Shown piece by piece: positions 23,357 to 32,851 of a stretch of 64,000 nucleotides of DNA. The position numbers were made by a program, and so were the translations under genes. Position 1 is the first letter of the stretch. Each line of letters begins with the position of its first letter. The stretch is from assembly GCA_963815275.1 (NCBI GenBank), contig CAWFGD010000002.1, positions 24,102 to 88,101 on the forward strand. Direction: 5' to 3'. Source of the DNA: an uncultured Alphaproteobacteria bacterium (lineage in GTDB: Bacteria; Pseudomonadota; Alphaproteobacteria; Rhodobacterales; Rhodobacteraceae). Under the pieces are notes generated by a model. The model saw only the letters and a program-made list of their open reading frames with translations, did no database searches and was not told the origin of the DNA.

Positions 23357-24398
23357 TTGCGTGACGCGGAAGTGAGCGAGCGGCTCTTGGCGTGGTATGA
23401 CATCTCGGCCCGGGTGATGCCCTGGCGGGTCGGGCCTTTGGCGCGGGCCGAAGGGGTGCGGGCGGACCCCTACCGCGTCTGGCTCTCGGAGGTGATGTTG
23501 CAGCAGACCACGGTGGCGGCGGTGGTGGGGTATTTCAACCGATTTGTGCAGCGCTGGCCGAGGGTGGAGGATCTGGCTGCGGCGGCGGACGCCGAGGTGA
23601 TGGGCGAATGGGCGGGGCTTGGCTATTACGCGCGGGCGCGCAATTTGCTGGCCTGCGCGCGGGCGGTGGTGGCGCGGGGCGGTTTTCCCGAGACTTTGGA
23701 GGGGCTTCGGGCTTTGCCGGGCATCGGCCCCTATACGGCGGCGGCGGTGGCGGCGATTGCCTTTGACCTGCCTGCGGTGGTGGTCGATGGCAATGTCGAG
23801 CGGGTGATGGCGCGGGTTTTCGCGGTGGAGGAGGCTCTGCCAAAGGCCAAGCCCGTCTTGGTGGCGCATGGCCACGCGGCTGACGCCTGCGCTGCGGCCG
23901 GGGGATTATGCGCAGGCGGTGATGGATCTGGGGGCGACGATTTGCACGCCGCGCAAGCCTGCCTGCGGGATTTGCCCCTTGCTGGGGCTGTGTGAGGCGC
24001 AACGCCTTGGCATTGCAGCGGACTTGCCAAGGAAACTGGCGAAAGCAGAGAAACCGGTGCGGCGCGGTGTGGTCTGGCTGGCGGCGCGGGGCGCGCAGGT
24101 TCTGGTGGAACGGCGGCCGGATCGCGGGCTTTTGGGCGGAATGCTGGGCTTTGTCGGCGATGGCTGGGACGGGGCGGGCGGCGGGGCGCCCTTTGCCGCC
24201 GATTGGCAGGATCTGGGCGAGGTTAAGCATACCTTTACCCATTTCCATCTCATCTTGCAGGTGCGGCGGGCAGAGGCCCCCGCTGACCGGCGGGCCAACC
24301 CTGAAAGAGGCGAGTATAGGGAGGTAAACCCCGGCGATCTGCCAACCGTGATGCGCAAGGCGCATGACCTTGCTTTTGCGGGCAAAGTGCCACGTTGA
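23357..24398 (+). CDS. mutY: A/G-specific adenine glycosylase (one indel near 23868)
   Basis: SEVMLQQT, GLGYYARARN, HhH LPGIGPYTA, CX6CX2CX5C Fe-S motif, HTFTHF. Confidence 0.93.
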
Positions 24399-24458
24399 AG
24401 CCCAGAGTCTTTTGCGATAGACTTCATTTGCGACAGACTGGCGCAAAAGGAGGCCGAT

Positions 24459-25610
24459 ATGCGCGTGATCCCTGCTGATGAGGTGCAAAAGCTGCGCGCG
24501 GCCCTGCCCTATTGGCTGTCGCTGCTGCTGGTGCCGGTCGCCGTGGCTTCGACGCTTTTGGGCGGCTGGTGGGTCTTGGCGGTGCCGATTGCCTCTTGGG
24601 GGGTGTTTTCGGTTCTGGATGCGATCAAGGGGGTCAGCGATGAGAATGCCGACCTTGAAACACCGGAAGCGGGGCTGACCTATTACCGTCTGCTGACCCT
24701 GATCTGGGTGCCGCTGCAGTTTGCGCTGCTGTTCTGGATGATCTGGTATGTGCCGCAGGCGGCGCATCTGGGCCTGGCCGAGAAGATCGCGCTGTTTTTC
24801 GGCGCGGGTGTGGTGACCGGGACGGTCGGCATCGTCTATGCCCATGAGTTGATGCACCAGAAGCCGAGCGTGGAGCGGTGGCTGGGCGATATCCTGCTGG
24901 CGATGGTGCTTTACAGCCATTTCCGGTCTGAACATCTGCGGGTGCATCACCTTTATGTCGGCACGCCGCGCGATGCGGTGACGGCGCGGTATAACGAGGG
25001 GTTTCATCGGTTTTTCCCGCGCGTGCTGGTGGAATGCCGCCGCTCGGCCTGGGTGGCAGAGGCTGCGATGCTGGCGCGCAAGGGGTTGAAGCCCTGGGAC
25101 AAATCCAGCCCCTATTGGCGCTATTGGGGTTTGCAGGCGGGGTTTCTGGCGCTGGCGCTGGCTTTGGGCGGCTGGCAGGGGCTGGCGCTGTTCTGTTGGC
25201 AGGCCTTTGCGGCGGTCTGGCAGTTGGAGCTGGTCAATTACGTCGAACACTACGGATTGACGCGGCGCTATCTGGGCGAGGGGCGCTATGAGCATGTGCT
25301 GCCGCGCCACAGCTGGAATGCGGCGCAACAGGCCTCGAACTGGCTGCTGATCAACCTGCAGCGCCATTCCGACCACCACTACAAGCCCGACCGGCGCTTT
25401 CCGCTGTTGCAGACCTATAGCGCCGAAGAGGCGCCGCAATTGCCCTATGGCTATCCGGTGATGACCTGGGCCGCACTGGTGCCGCCGGTCTGGAAGCGGA
25501 TGATGAACCGCCGCGTCAAAGCCTGGCGGCGGGCCAATTACCCCGATATCGAGGATTGGCATGCCTATAACAAGGCGCTGAACCCGGCACCCAAGGGCGC
25601 ACCGGTCTGA
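24459..25610 (+). CDS. alkB: AlkB-like alkane 1-monooxygenase (membrane di-iron enzyme)
   Basis: HELMH, EHLRVHH, NYVEHYG, LQRHSDHH boxes. Confidence 0.88.
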   Translation: MRVIPADEVQKLRAALPYWLSLLLVPVAVASTLLGGWWVLAVPIASWGVFSVLDAIKGVSDENADLETPEAGLTYYRLLTLIWVPLQFALLFWMIWYVPQAAHLGLAEKIALFFGAGVVTGTVGIVYAHELMHQKPSVERWLGDILLAMVLYSHFRSEHLRVHHLYVGTPRDAVTARYNEGFHRFFPRVLVECRRSAWVAEAAMLARKGLKPWDKSSPYWRYWGLQAGFLALALALGGWQGLALFCWQAFAAVWQLELVNYVEHYGLTRRYLGEGRYEHVLPRHSWNAAQQASNWLLINLQRHSDHHYKPDRRFPLLQTYSAEEAPQLPYGYPVMTWAALVPPVWKRMMNRRVKAWRRANYPDIEDWHAYNKALNPAPKGAPV

Positions 25611-25697
25611 AGGTGAGCCCCCGCGCGGGGATGGAACCTTGCGTCTTTCCCATGCGGCTTGGCCCTTCTTGGACCCAGCGCCCCGGCCGTGGAAAGT

Positions 25698-25728
25698 AAA
25701 AATCCTCGACATGTTGCCATGTCGAGGA
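25698..25728 (-). terminator. Intrinsic terminator downstream of ccrM
   Basis: Perfect 11-bp stem, GCAA tetraloop and U-tract on the minus strand. Confidence 0.75.
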
Positions 25729-25824
25729 GGTGGTGCCATGAGGCGGACCCATGGCACGGCGGAACTGAATTTCGGGGATTAGGGTGCGCTTTTGGCGCAC
25801 CGCTGTTGGCCGGTTACGGGCCGA

Positions 25825-26977
<1,153 letters not shown>

Positions 26978-27001
26978 TCACCGTTTGTTGAGGCCGAGAA
27001 T

Positions 27002-27040
27002 GAGTCATTGCTGATTCGCCGTCAAATTCTTTATTGAATC
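27002..27040. promoter_or_regulatory. Three GANTC sites in the ccrM promoter region
   Basis: GAGTC 27002, GATTC 27013, GAATC 27036. Confidence 0.7.
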
Positions 27041-27677
27041 AAGGGGTTATAATTTTCCCTTGATACAAGATATTGTGGACGGGCTTGAAGGATCGTCTAT
27101 GCCAAGCGGTCACCCCAAGATTTAGGAGCGCTTCGAGGTGCTGTTTGGTCGGGTAGCCCGCGTTAACTTCCCAGCCATAGCCGGGATGCTGTTGCGCCAA
27201 ATCCACCATGAGGCGATCGCGTGTCACTTTTGCCACGATGGAGGCGGCGGCGATGGAGAAAGATTTGGCGTCGCCCTTCACGATGGCCTGCGCGCGGCGC
27301 TTGAGGCCCGCCGGAATCAGGTTGCCGTCGATCAGACAATGGTCGGGGACGTTGGAGAGGCCCGCGACCGCACGTTCCATCGCCAGATGCGAGGCGCGCA
27401 GGATGTTGAGCTGGTCGATTTCCTCGACCGAGGCATGAGCGATGCAGACGCAGGCAGAGGCGATGATCTGAGCGAAGAGGTCTTCGCGTTTCTTCGCGCT
27501 CATCGCCTTGGAATCGGCAAGGCCCTTGGGGATGTTTGCCGGATCGAGGATCACGGCGGCGGCGGTGACCGGGCCGGCGAGGGGACCGCGACCCACCTCG
27601 TCGATGCCGGCTATGGCGGTAAAGCCACGGGCATGGGCTTCGGTTTCATAGACGAAGGAGGCTGCAAAGGTTTCCAT
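27039..27677 (-). CDS. rnhB: Ribonuclease HII
   Basis: [36 protein letters not shown]. Confidence 0.95.
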   Translation of the reverse strand: METFAASFVYETEAHARGFTAIAGIDEVGRGPLAGPVTAAAVILDPANIPKGLADSKAMSAKKREDLFAQIIASACVCIAHASVEEIDQLNILRASHLAMERAVAGLSNVPDHCLIDGNLIPAGLKRRAQAIVKGDAKSFSIAAASIVAKVTRDRLMVDLAQQHPGYGWEVNAGYPTKQHLEALLNLGVTAWHRRSFKPVHNILYQGKIITP

Positions 27678-27704
27678 GCCTATCGCCTAGCGCGAAAGGG
27701 GCAG

Positions 27705-27745
27705 GAAAAAAAGGGGGGCGGGCGCTGCTCGGGCCACCCGCCCCC
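27705..27745 (-). terminator. Intrinsic terminator of the 27799..28341 gene
   Basis: GGGGGCGGG/CCCGCCCCC stem followed by a long U run on the minus strand. Confidence 0.7.
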
Positions 27746-27798
27746 AGGTTCGGATCCTCTGGGCAGCGTGGGATAAGGATCCGAAAGGACGTCAGGGC

Positions 27799-28341
27799 TT
27801 AGCGGCCGAGGCGGAACCCGGCATTGCGCAAGCATTGTTCTGAATAGACATAATCGCGCTGGCCATAGATCCGCATCGAGCGGGCGCAGTCTTGCGGCAG
27901 GCGGTAGGAGAAGCCTTCGTCGCGCAGGCAGGTTTCGGAATACATCCGCACTGGGGTGCCCCGGCTGTCATCGATCTCGATGGCGCAAACGGCGGGGACG
28001 CGGGGCGTGGTGTCGGGGCGGGGATGGTGCGGGCGTGGCGTTGGTTGCGGCTCGGGCTTGGGAGCGTGATCGGCCTTGCCCTTGTTGGCGCTGTTGATAA
28101 TCAGCCCCAGCACGAGGGCGGCCCCGAGGGCCTTGGCAAGGTTGTCGCCGCGCCGGTCGGCCAGCGAGGGGGCGGCGGACCCGGTGACCAGCGCCATGGC
28201 AAGCACGACGGAGGTCAGCGATTTGCCGATGCGCTTGAGTGCGGGGCGGATCAACGGCTGCGCGGCCGGGGTCGATTGGTAGTGTTTCGCGATGTGCATG
28301 GTTTCAGCCAGGGTTTCAGACGCGTAAATGCCGTTGGTCAT
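27799..28341 (-). CDS. Hypothetical exported protein with a duplicated two-Cys domain
   Basis: AGGAGG RBS; signal-like segment; two ~32-aa repeats of form P..C....YSE.CLR..GF. Confidence 0.7.
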   Translation of the reverse strand: MTNGIYASETLAETMHIAKHYQSTPAAQPLIRPALKRIGKSLTSVVLAMALVTGSAAPSLADRRGDNLAKALGAALVLGLIINSANKGKADHAPKPEPQPTPRPHHPRPDTTPRVPAVCAIEIDDSRGTPVRMYSETCLRDEGFSYRLPQDCARSMRIYGQRDYVYSEQCLRNAGFRLGR

Positions 28342-28548
28342 GGGAGCCTCCTGTTCCGGATCTGGGGCGGGCTGATTTGCCCTTGTGGGGATGGGGTGGT
28401 GATGGGCAAACCTTGGCTCCGAGCGGCTTGGCCAAGCAATATCGGCGGCTTGCTATGGGATAGCAGCCCGTTAAATTGCTTTGGATATTGAATAGCGGCG
28501 GCGCATTACGCAGGGTGAAGCAAGAAAGCAAAAAAAGGAGTGAGCAGG

Positions 28549-28836
28549 ATGATGCGTCTATTTCTCGGCTTCGTCGTGGTGCTGGGCTTTGCCTTGCCTG
28601 CAAGCGCCGAATGCTATGCGGATTACAAGGCAAAGCAGGACAACCCCTTGCGGCTGCATTATGGCGTGGCACAGGTCGCTGATGCGGCCTGCGCAAACCC
28701 GAAATCGGCCAAGGGCGAATTATCGCCCAGACTTGCGGCGGATGGCTGGACATTGTTGACCGTCTTATCGACCTTCGGGCCCGAAGGTCTGGGTGAAAGG
28801 AAAGCGAGTGCAGGAGAGTACTTCCTCCGCTACTGA
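28549..28836 (+). CDS. Hypothetical small exported protein (two Cys)
   Basis: Signal peptide ending ASA; mature ECYADYKAKQDNPLRLHYGV; exact start codon uncertain (28540-28552). Confidence 0.75.
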   Translation: MMRLFLGFVVVLGFALPASAECYADYKAKQDNPLRLHYGVAQVADAACANPKSAKGELSPRLAADGWTLLTVLSTFGPEGLGERKASAGEYFLRY

Positions 28837-29512
28837 GAGTTTGAAGGCGGGCAACCGCGTCGTCGGTTTTGGCATTGCAGCGATTGTGCTGATCTTGCTG
28901 GGGGCTGCGGTTTTTCTGTTCCTCAACCTGCCCGATGCCAATGAATTCAACGCCCGCGTCGAGCAGTTGTTTGTCGACAACAACGACCTGACCAGCGGGG
29001 CCGAGATCAAACTGCTGGAGATACTGGCGCAGTCGGGCACCTCGTTTTCCGAGGTGTTGCAGTCGTATCGGTCGGTGATCTTTGTGCTTTTGGTCTTTGC
29101 CACGGCGCTGATGGTGGCGGCGCTGGTGTTTCTGGTGACGATCATCGCGCTGAACCGGCGGATCTCGGCGATCCAGCGTTCGGGGATTCAGGTCTCGTCC
29201 TTGCTGATCAGCCGCGAAGCGCGGGCGGTCTATATCAATGACATGGAGTTCACCCTGACCGAGGCGGCAATCGAGACCCTGTCAGTGCTGGCCGAAGCGC
29301 GGATGGATGATGATGTGCTGACCGGGGCGCAGATCGAGGGCGTGATCTCGGGGCGCGATTCGGCGGATTGCGACGAGGCGGCGGGGGCGACGCGGATCAA
29401 GCGGCTGCGCGATGCCTTGGGCAATCAGATGGTCAGCGAGCTTTTGGTCAAGACCGTGGCGCGGCGCGGCTATATGCTGGCGGTGGGCAAGGACACCATT
29501 CGGATGATCTGA
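28808..29512 (+). CDS. Membrane-anchored protein with C-terminal OmpR-type winged-helix domain
   Basis: Two TM helices around a ~50-aa loop; RIKRLRDALG...VKTVARRGYML; GTG start after GAAAGGA (ORF open from 28793). Confidence 0.75.
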   Translation: MQESTSSATESLKAGNRVVGFGIAAIVLILLGAAVFLFLNLPDANEFNARVEQLFVDNNDLTSGAEIKLLEILAQSGTSFSEVLQSYRSVIFVLLVFATALMVAALVFLVTIIALNRRISAIQRSGIQVSSLLISREARAVYINDMEFTLTEAAIETLSVLAEARMDDDVLTGAQIEGVISGRDSADCDEAAGATRIKRLRDALGNQMVSELLVKTVARRGYMLAVGKDTIRMI

Positions 29513-29703
29513 GTGCTGCGCTCTGAGAATTGCGCTCTGAGCGTCGGGCTATACAAGGGGCCTGATTCGCGCTATGGGCCTTGGATCGGCCCGAGGGTTC
29601 CGGTGCAGAGGCCAGGGAGGCAGTTCTGCGATGGGGAATGAGGTGCCGCGTATATTGGTACTTCAAGGGCGCATCACTGGGATGCCCCCCATCAGGAAAA
29701 GAC

Positions 29704-32016
29704 ATGATCGATTTGGGAATCGCTGCGCCTTTGGCTGCGGCTTTGGCCTCCAAGGGCTATGAAAAAATGACGGCTGTGCAGCTTGCTGTGCTGGCTGATG
29801 ACGCGCAGGGGCGCGATTTGCTGGTCTCGGCGCAGACCGGATCGGGCAAGACCGTGGCCTTTGGCATCGCGATGGCTGACCAGATCTTGGGCGGCACCGA
29901 CAAATTGCTGTATGCCGATGTGCCGCTGGGTCTGGTGATTGCCCCGACGCGCGAGCTGGCGCTGCAAGTGGCGCGCGAGCTGGAGTGGCTTTATGCCTCG
30001 GCTGGGGCGCAGATCGCGACCTGCGTCGGCGGCATGGATTACCGCACGGAAAAACGCGCGCTGGATCGTGGCGCGCATATCGTGGTTGGCACCCCCGGCC
30101 GTCTGCGCGACCATATCGACCGCAAGTCGCTGGACCTTTCCGGTCTGCGCGCGGCGGTGTTGGACGAGGCGGACGAGATGCTGGATCTGGGCTTCCGCGA
30201 GGACCTGGAATATATTCTGGCAGCCGCGCCGGAAAGCCGCCGCACCCTGATGTTCTCGGCCACCGTGCCGAAGGAAATCGCCAAGCTGGCCGAGGATTTC
30301 CAGAATAACGCCTTGCGGATTGCGGCGCAGGGCGAGGCCAAGCAGCACGTCGATATCGAATACCGCGCCTTTTCGGTGGCGGTGCGCGACCGTGAGCATG
30401 CGATTTTCAACGCCCTGCGGTTCTACGAGGCGCAGACTGCGATTGTGTTCTGCAAGACCCGGGTCAACGTCAATCATCTGATGGCGCGGATGGGCAATCG
30501 CGGTTTCAAGGTTGTGGCTTTGTCGGGCGAGTTGAGCCAGCAGGAGCGCACCAATGCGCTGACCGCTTTGCGCAATGGCCGGGCGAACGTTTGTATTGCG
30601 ACCGACGTTGCGGCGCGGGGCATTGATTTGCCGGGGCTGGAGCTGGTTATTCACGCTGATCTGCCGTCGAATTCGGAAACCCTGCTGCACCGTTCGGGTC
30701 GGACCGGGCGGGCGGGGTCGAAGGGGGTTTCGGCGCTGATCGTGGCACCTTCCGAGTTCAAGAAGGCGCAGCGTTTGCTGCAGGGCGCCAAGGTTGTGGC
30801 GGAATGGGGCGCTGCTCCTTCGGCCGAGGATGTGCAATCGCGCGACGATCTGCGGATTTTCGAGAACCCGGTGTTTGGTCAGGATCTGTCGGACGAGATG
30901 GAGATGGCATCGAAACTGATCGAGCGCTTTGGCCCCGAGCAGATTGCGGCGGCCTATGTGAAATCCTGGCGCTCGGGGCGCTCGGCCCCCGAGGTGCTGA
31001 CGGAAACCGCAGCGCCGCGTGATGCAGCCCCGCCGCGCGAGCGCAGCGAATTTGGCGCTTCGGTCTGGTTCGAGCTGTCGGTGGGCCGTTCGGGCCGTGC
31101 CGAGGCGCGCTGGCTGTTGCCGAAGATCTGCGATGCCGGGGGCATTTCCAAGGATGCGATCGGCGCAATCCGGGTGCAGGAAGACGTGACCTACGTGCAG
31201 ATCGCCGAAGGGCTGTCGGGCAAATTCGGTCAGTCGCTGGAGCTGGAAAACGGCGTGGTGATGGCGCGGATGGCCGGCGAGCCTTCGATGGACCGCCCCG
31301 AACGTGCACCGCGCAAAGTGGCGGCTCCGCGTGGCGACCGCCCTGTGCGGGCCGAGAAAGCGCCCTATGAAAAGCGCGAGAAGGCGGCTTATGTGCCGAA
31401 ACCCTCGCGTCTGGTCGAAGAGGCGCGGGCCGATGGCTATGACCCGATCCGGGGCAACGACGCACCGCCCGCCGAGGCGCCTGCGCCGCGCAAGCCCTAC
31501 GTGAAACGCGAAGATGGCGAGAAGAAGCCTTACGCGCCGCGCTCGGAAAAACCGGCTTATGGCGCGAAGCCTTCTTACGGTGACAAGCCCGCTTATGGCG
31601 AGAAAAAGCCCTATGCGCCGCGCGGTGACAAGCCGGCCTATGGCGAGAAGAAGCCCTATGCCAAGCGCGAAGACGGCGAGCGCAAGCCCTATGCGCCGCG
31701 CGCTGAAGGCGCCAAGCCCTATGCCGCCAAGGCCGACGGTGAACGCAAGCCCTATGCGCCGCGTGCCGAAGGCGCCAAGCCCTATGTCAAACGCGAGGAT
31801 GGCGAGCGCAAGCCTTATGCCCCGCGCGCTGAAGGCGCAAAAGCGGCACCGCGTTCGGCTGGCTTCAAGTCGCATGGCGGCGGAGAAGGCAAGCCCGGCA
31901 AGGCCAGCGGTTTCAAATCGCATGGCTCCGAAGGCAAGAGCTTTGGCAAGGCCAAGCCTGCAGCGCCGCGGGCTGCGGATACCTCCAAGCGCTTTGTGCC
32001 GCCGAAGAAGAAGTAA
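29704..32016 (+). CDS. DEAD-box RNA helicase with DbpA-type RNA-binding domain and repetitive tail
   Basis: AQTGSGKT, PTRELA, DEAD, SAT, HRSGRTGRAG. Confidence 0.93.
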   Translation: MIDLGIAAPLAAALASKGYEKMTAVQLAVLADDAQGRDLLVSAQTGSGKTVAFGIAMADQILGGTDKLLYADVPLGLVIAPTRELALQVARELEWLYASAGAQIATCVGGMDYRTEKRALDRGAHIVVGTPGRLRDHIDRKSLDLSGLRAAVLDEADEMLDLGFREDLEYILAAAPESRRTLMFSATVPKEIAKLAEDFQNNALRIAAQGEAKQHVDIEYRAFSVAVRDREHAIFNALRFYEAQTAIVFCKTRVNVNHLMARMGNRGFKVVALSGELSQQERTNALTALRNGRANVCIATDVAARGIDLPGLELVIHADLPSNSETLLHRSGRTGRAGSKGVSALIVAPSEFKKAQRLLQGAKVVAEWGAAPSAEDVQSRDDLRIFENPVFGQDLSDEMEMASKLIERFGPEQIAAAYVKSWRSGRSAPEVLTETAAPRDAAPPRERSEFGASVWFELSVGRSGRAEARWLLPKICDAGGISKDAIGAIRVQEDVTYVQIAEGLSGKFGQSLELENGVVMARMAGEPSMDRPERAPRKVAAPRGDRPVRAEKAPYEKREKAAYVPKPSRLVEEARADGYDPIRGNDAPPAEAPAPRKPYVKREDGEKKPYAPRSEKPAYGAKPSYGDKPAYGEKKPYAPRGDKPAYGEKKPYAKREDGERKPYAPRAEGAKPYAAKADGERKPYAPRAEGAKPYVKREDGERKPYAPRAEGAKAAPRSAGFKSHGGGEGKPGKASGFKSHGSEGKSFGKAKPAAPRAADTSKRFVPPKKK
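31490..31835 (+). repeat. Coding tandem repeats (KPY/KPxY units) in the helicase tail
   Basis: Recurrent aagccctatgcgccgcg-type units; 13 KPY/KPxY motifs counted by hand. Confidence 0.85.
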
Positions 32017-32057
32017 TCTGAACTTGGGTTCGTATTGGTGCGACTGAACGTTCACAT

Positions 32058-32079
32058 AGGGCCGCCTTCGGGCGGCCTT
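32058..32079. terminator. Terminator hairpin between convergent helicase and IMPase genes
   Basis: ggccgcc-ttcg-ggcggcc. Confidence 0.7.
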
Positions 32080-32851
32080 ATGCTTTCAGGCGGGCAACAA
32101 GCTCGGCGTGCAGGGCGGGGCCAGCGGCCAGAACCCCTGCGGTTTGCGGATAGGGGTTGTTGAAGCGCAGTGCTTGACCCTTGCCATCAGAGACCACAGC
32201 GCCTGCGCGCGTGGCGATCAGGCTGCCCGCGGCGATGTCCCATTCCCAGGTATTGCGAAAGCTCATCATGCCATCGTGGCGGCCTTCGGCAACGAGGCAG
32301 AGGCGATAGGCCAGCGAGGTGCGGAAGCTGCGGCGAAACACCGGCGGGGTGCCCTGCCAGAAATCACTGTCGAGATTTGCTTTTGGCGTCAGGATCTTGG
32401 GGTCATCGGCCAGCAGAATTTGCGTTGGCGTGATAGGCATGCCATCGCACAGCGCCGGGCCTTCCAGCGAGGCGGTGAAGAGTTGATCCTTGGCAGGCAG
32501 GTAGACGGCGGCGGCGATTATCTTGCCGTTGCGCGCCACGGCGAGCGAGTGGGAGAAGTTGCGCTCGCCCGCGATAAAGGCGCGGGTGCCGTCGATCGGG
32601 TCGATGATGAAGACATATTCACATTGCAGGCGGGCGGGGTCGTCGGGCGTTTCTTCGGAGAGCCAGCCGTAATCGGGTCGGGCGGCGCGCAGGGTAGCTT
32701 TCAACATGTCGTTGACGGCGATGTCGGCCTCGGTCACCGGGCCCTGGTCGCCCTTTTCCCAGGTCAGCGGCGCGTTGTTCCAGTAGCGCAGGGCGATTTC
32801 GCCTGCGGCGCGGGCAGCATGGGAAAGAAGGTCGAGGTCATGCGCCGGCAA
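32078..32851 (-). CDS. Inositol monophosphatase/CysQ-family phosphatase
   Basis: VTEAD, SEE, IDPIDGT, WDIAAG. Confidence 0.88.
   Translation of the reverse strand: MPAHDLDLLSHAARAAGEIALRYWNNAPLTWEKGDQGPVTEADIAVNDMLKATLRAARPDYGWLSEETPDDPARLQCEYVFIIDPIDGTRAFIAGERNFSHSLAVARNGKIIAAAVYLPAKDQLFTASLEGPALCDGMPITPTQILLADDPKILTPKANLDSDFWQGTPPVFRRSFRTSLAYRLCLVAEGRHDGMMSFRNTWEWDIAAGSLIATRAGAVVSDGKGQALRFNNPYPQTAGVLAAGPALHAELVARLKA

Noticed and set aside
31490-31835. CRISPR-like periodic repeats
   Set aside because: In-frame coding repeats with synonymous variation and no unique spacers
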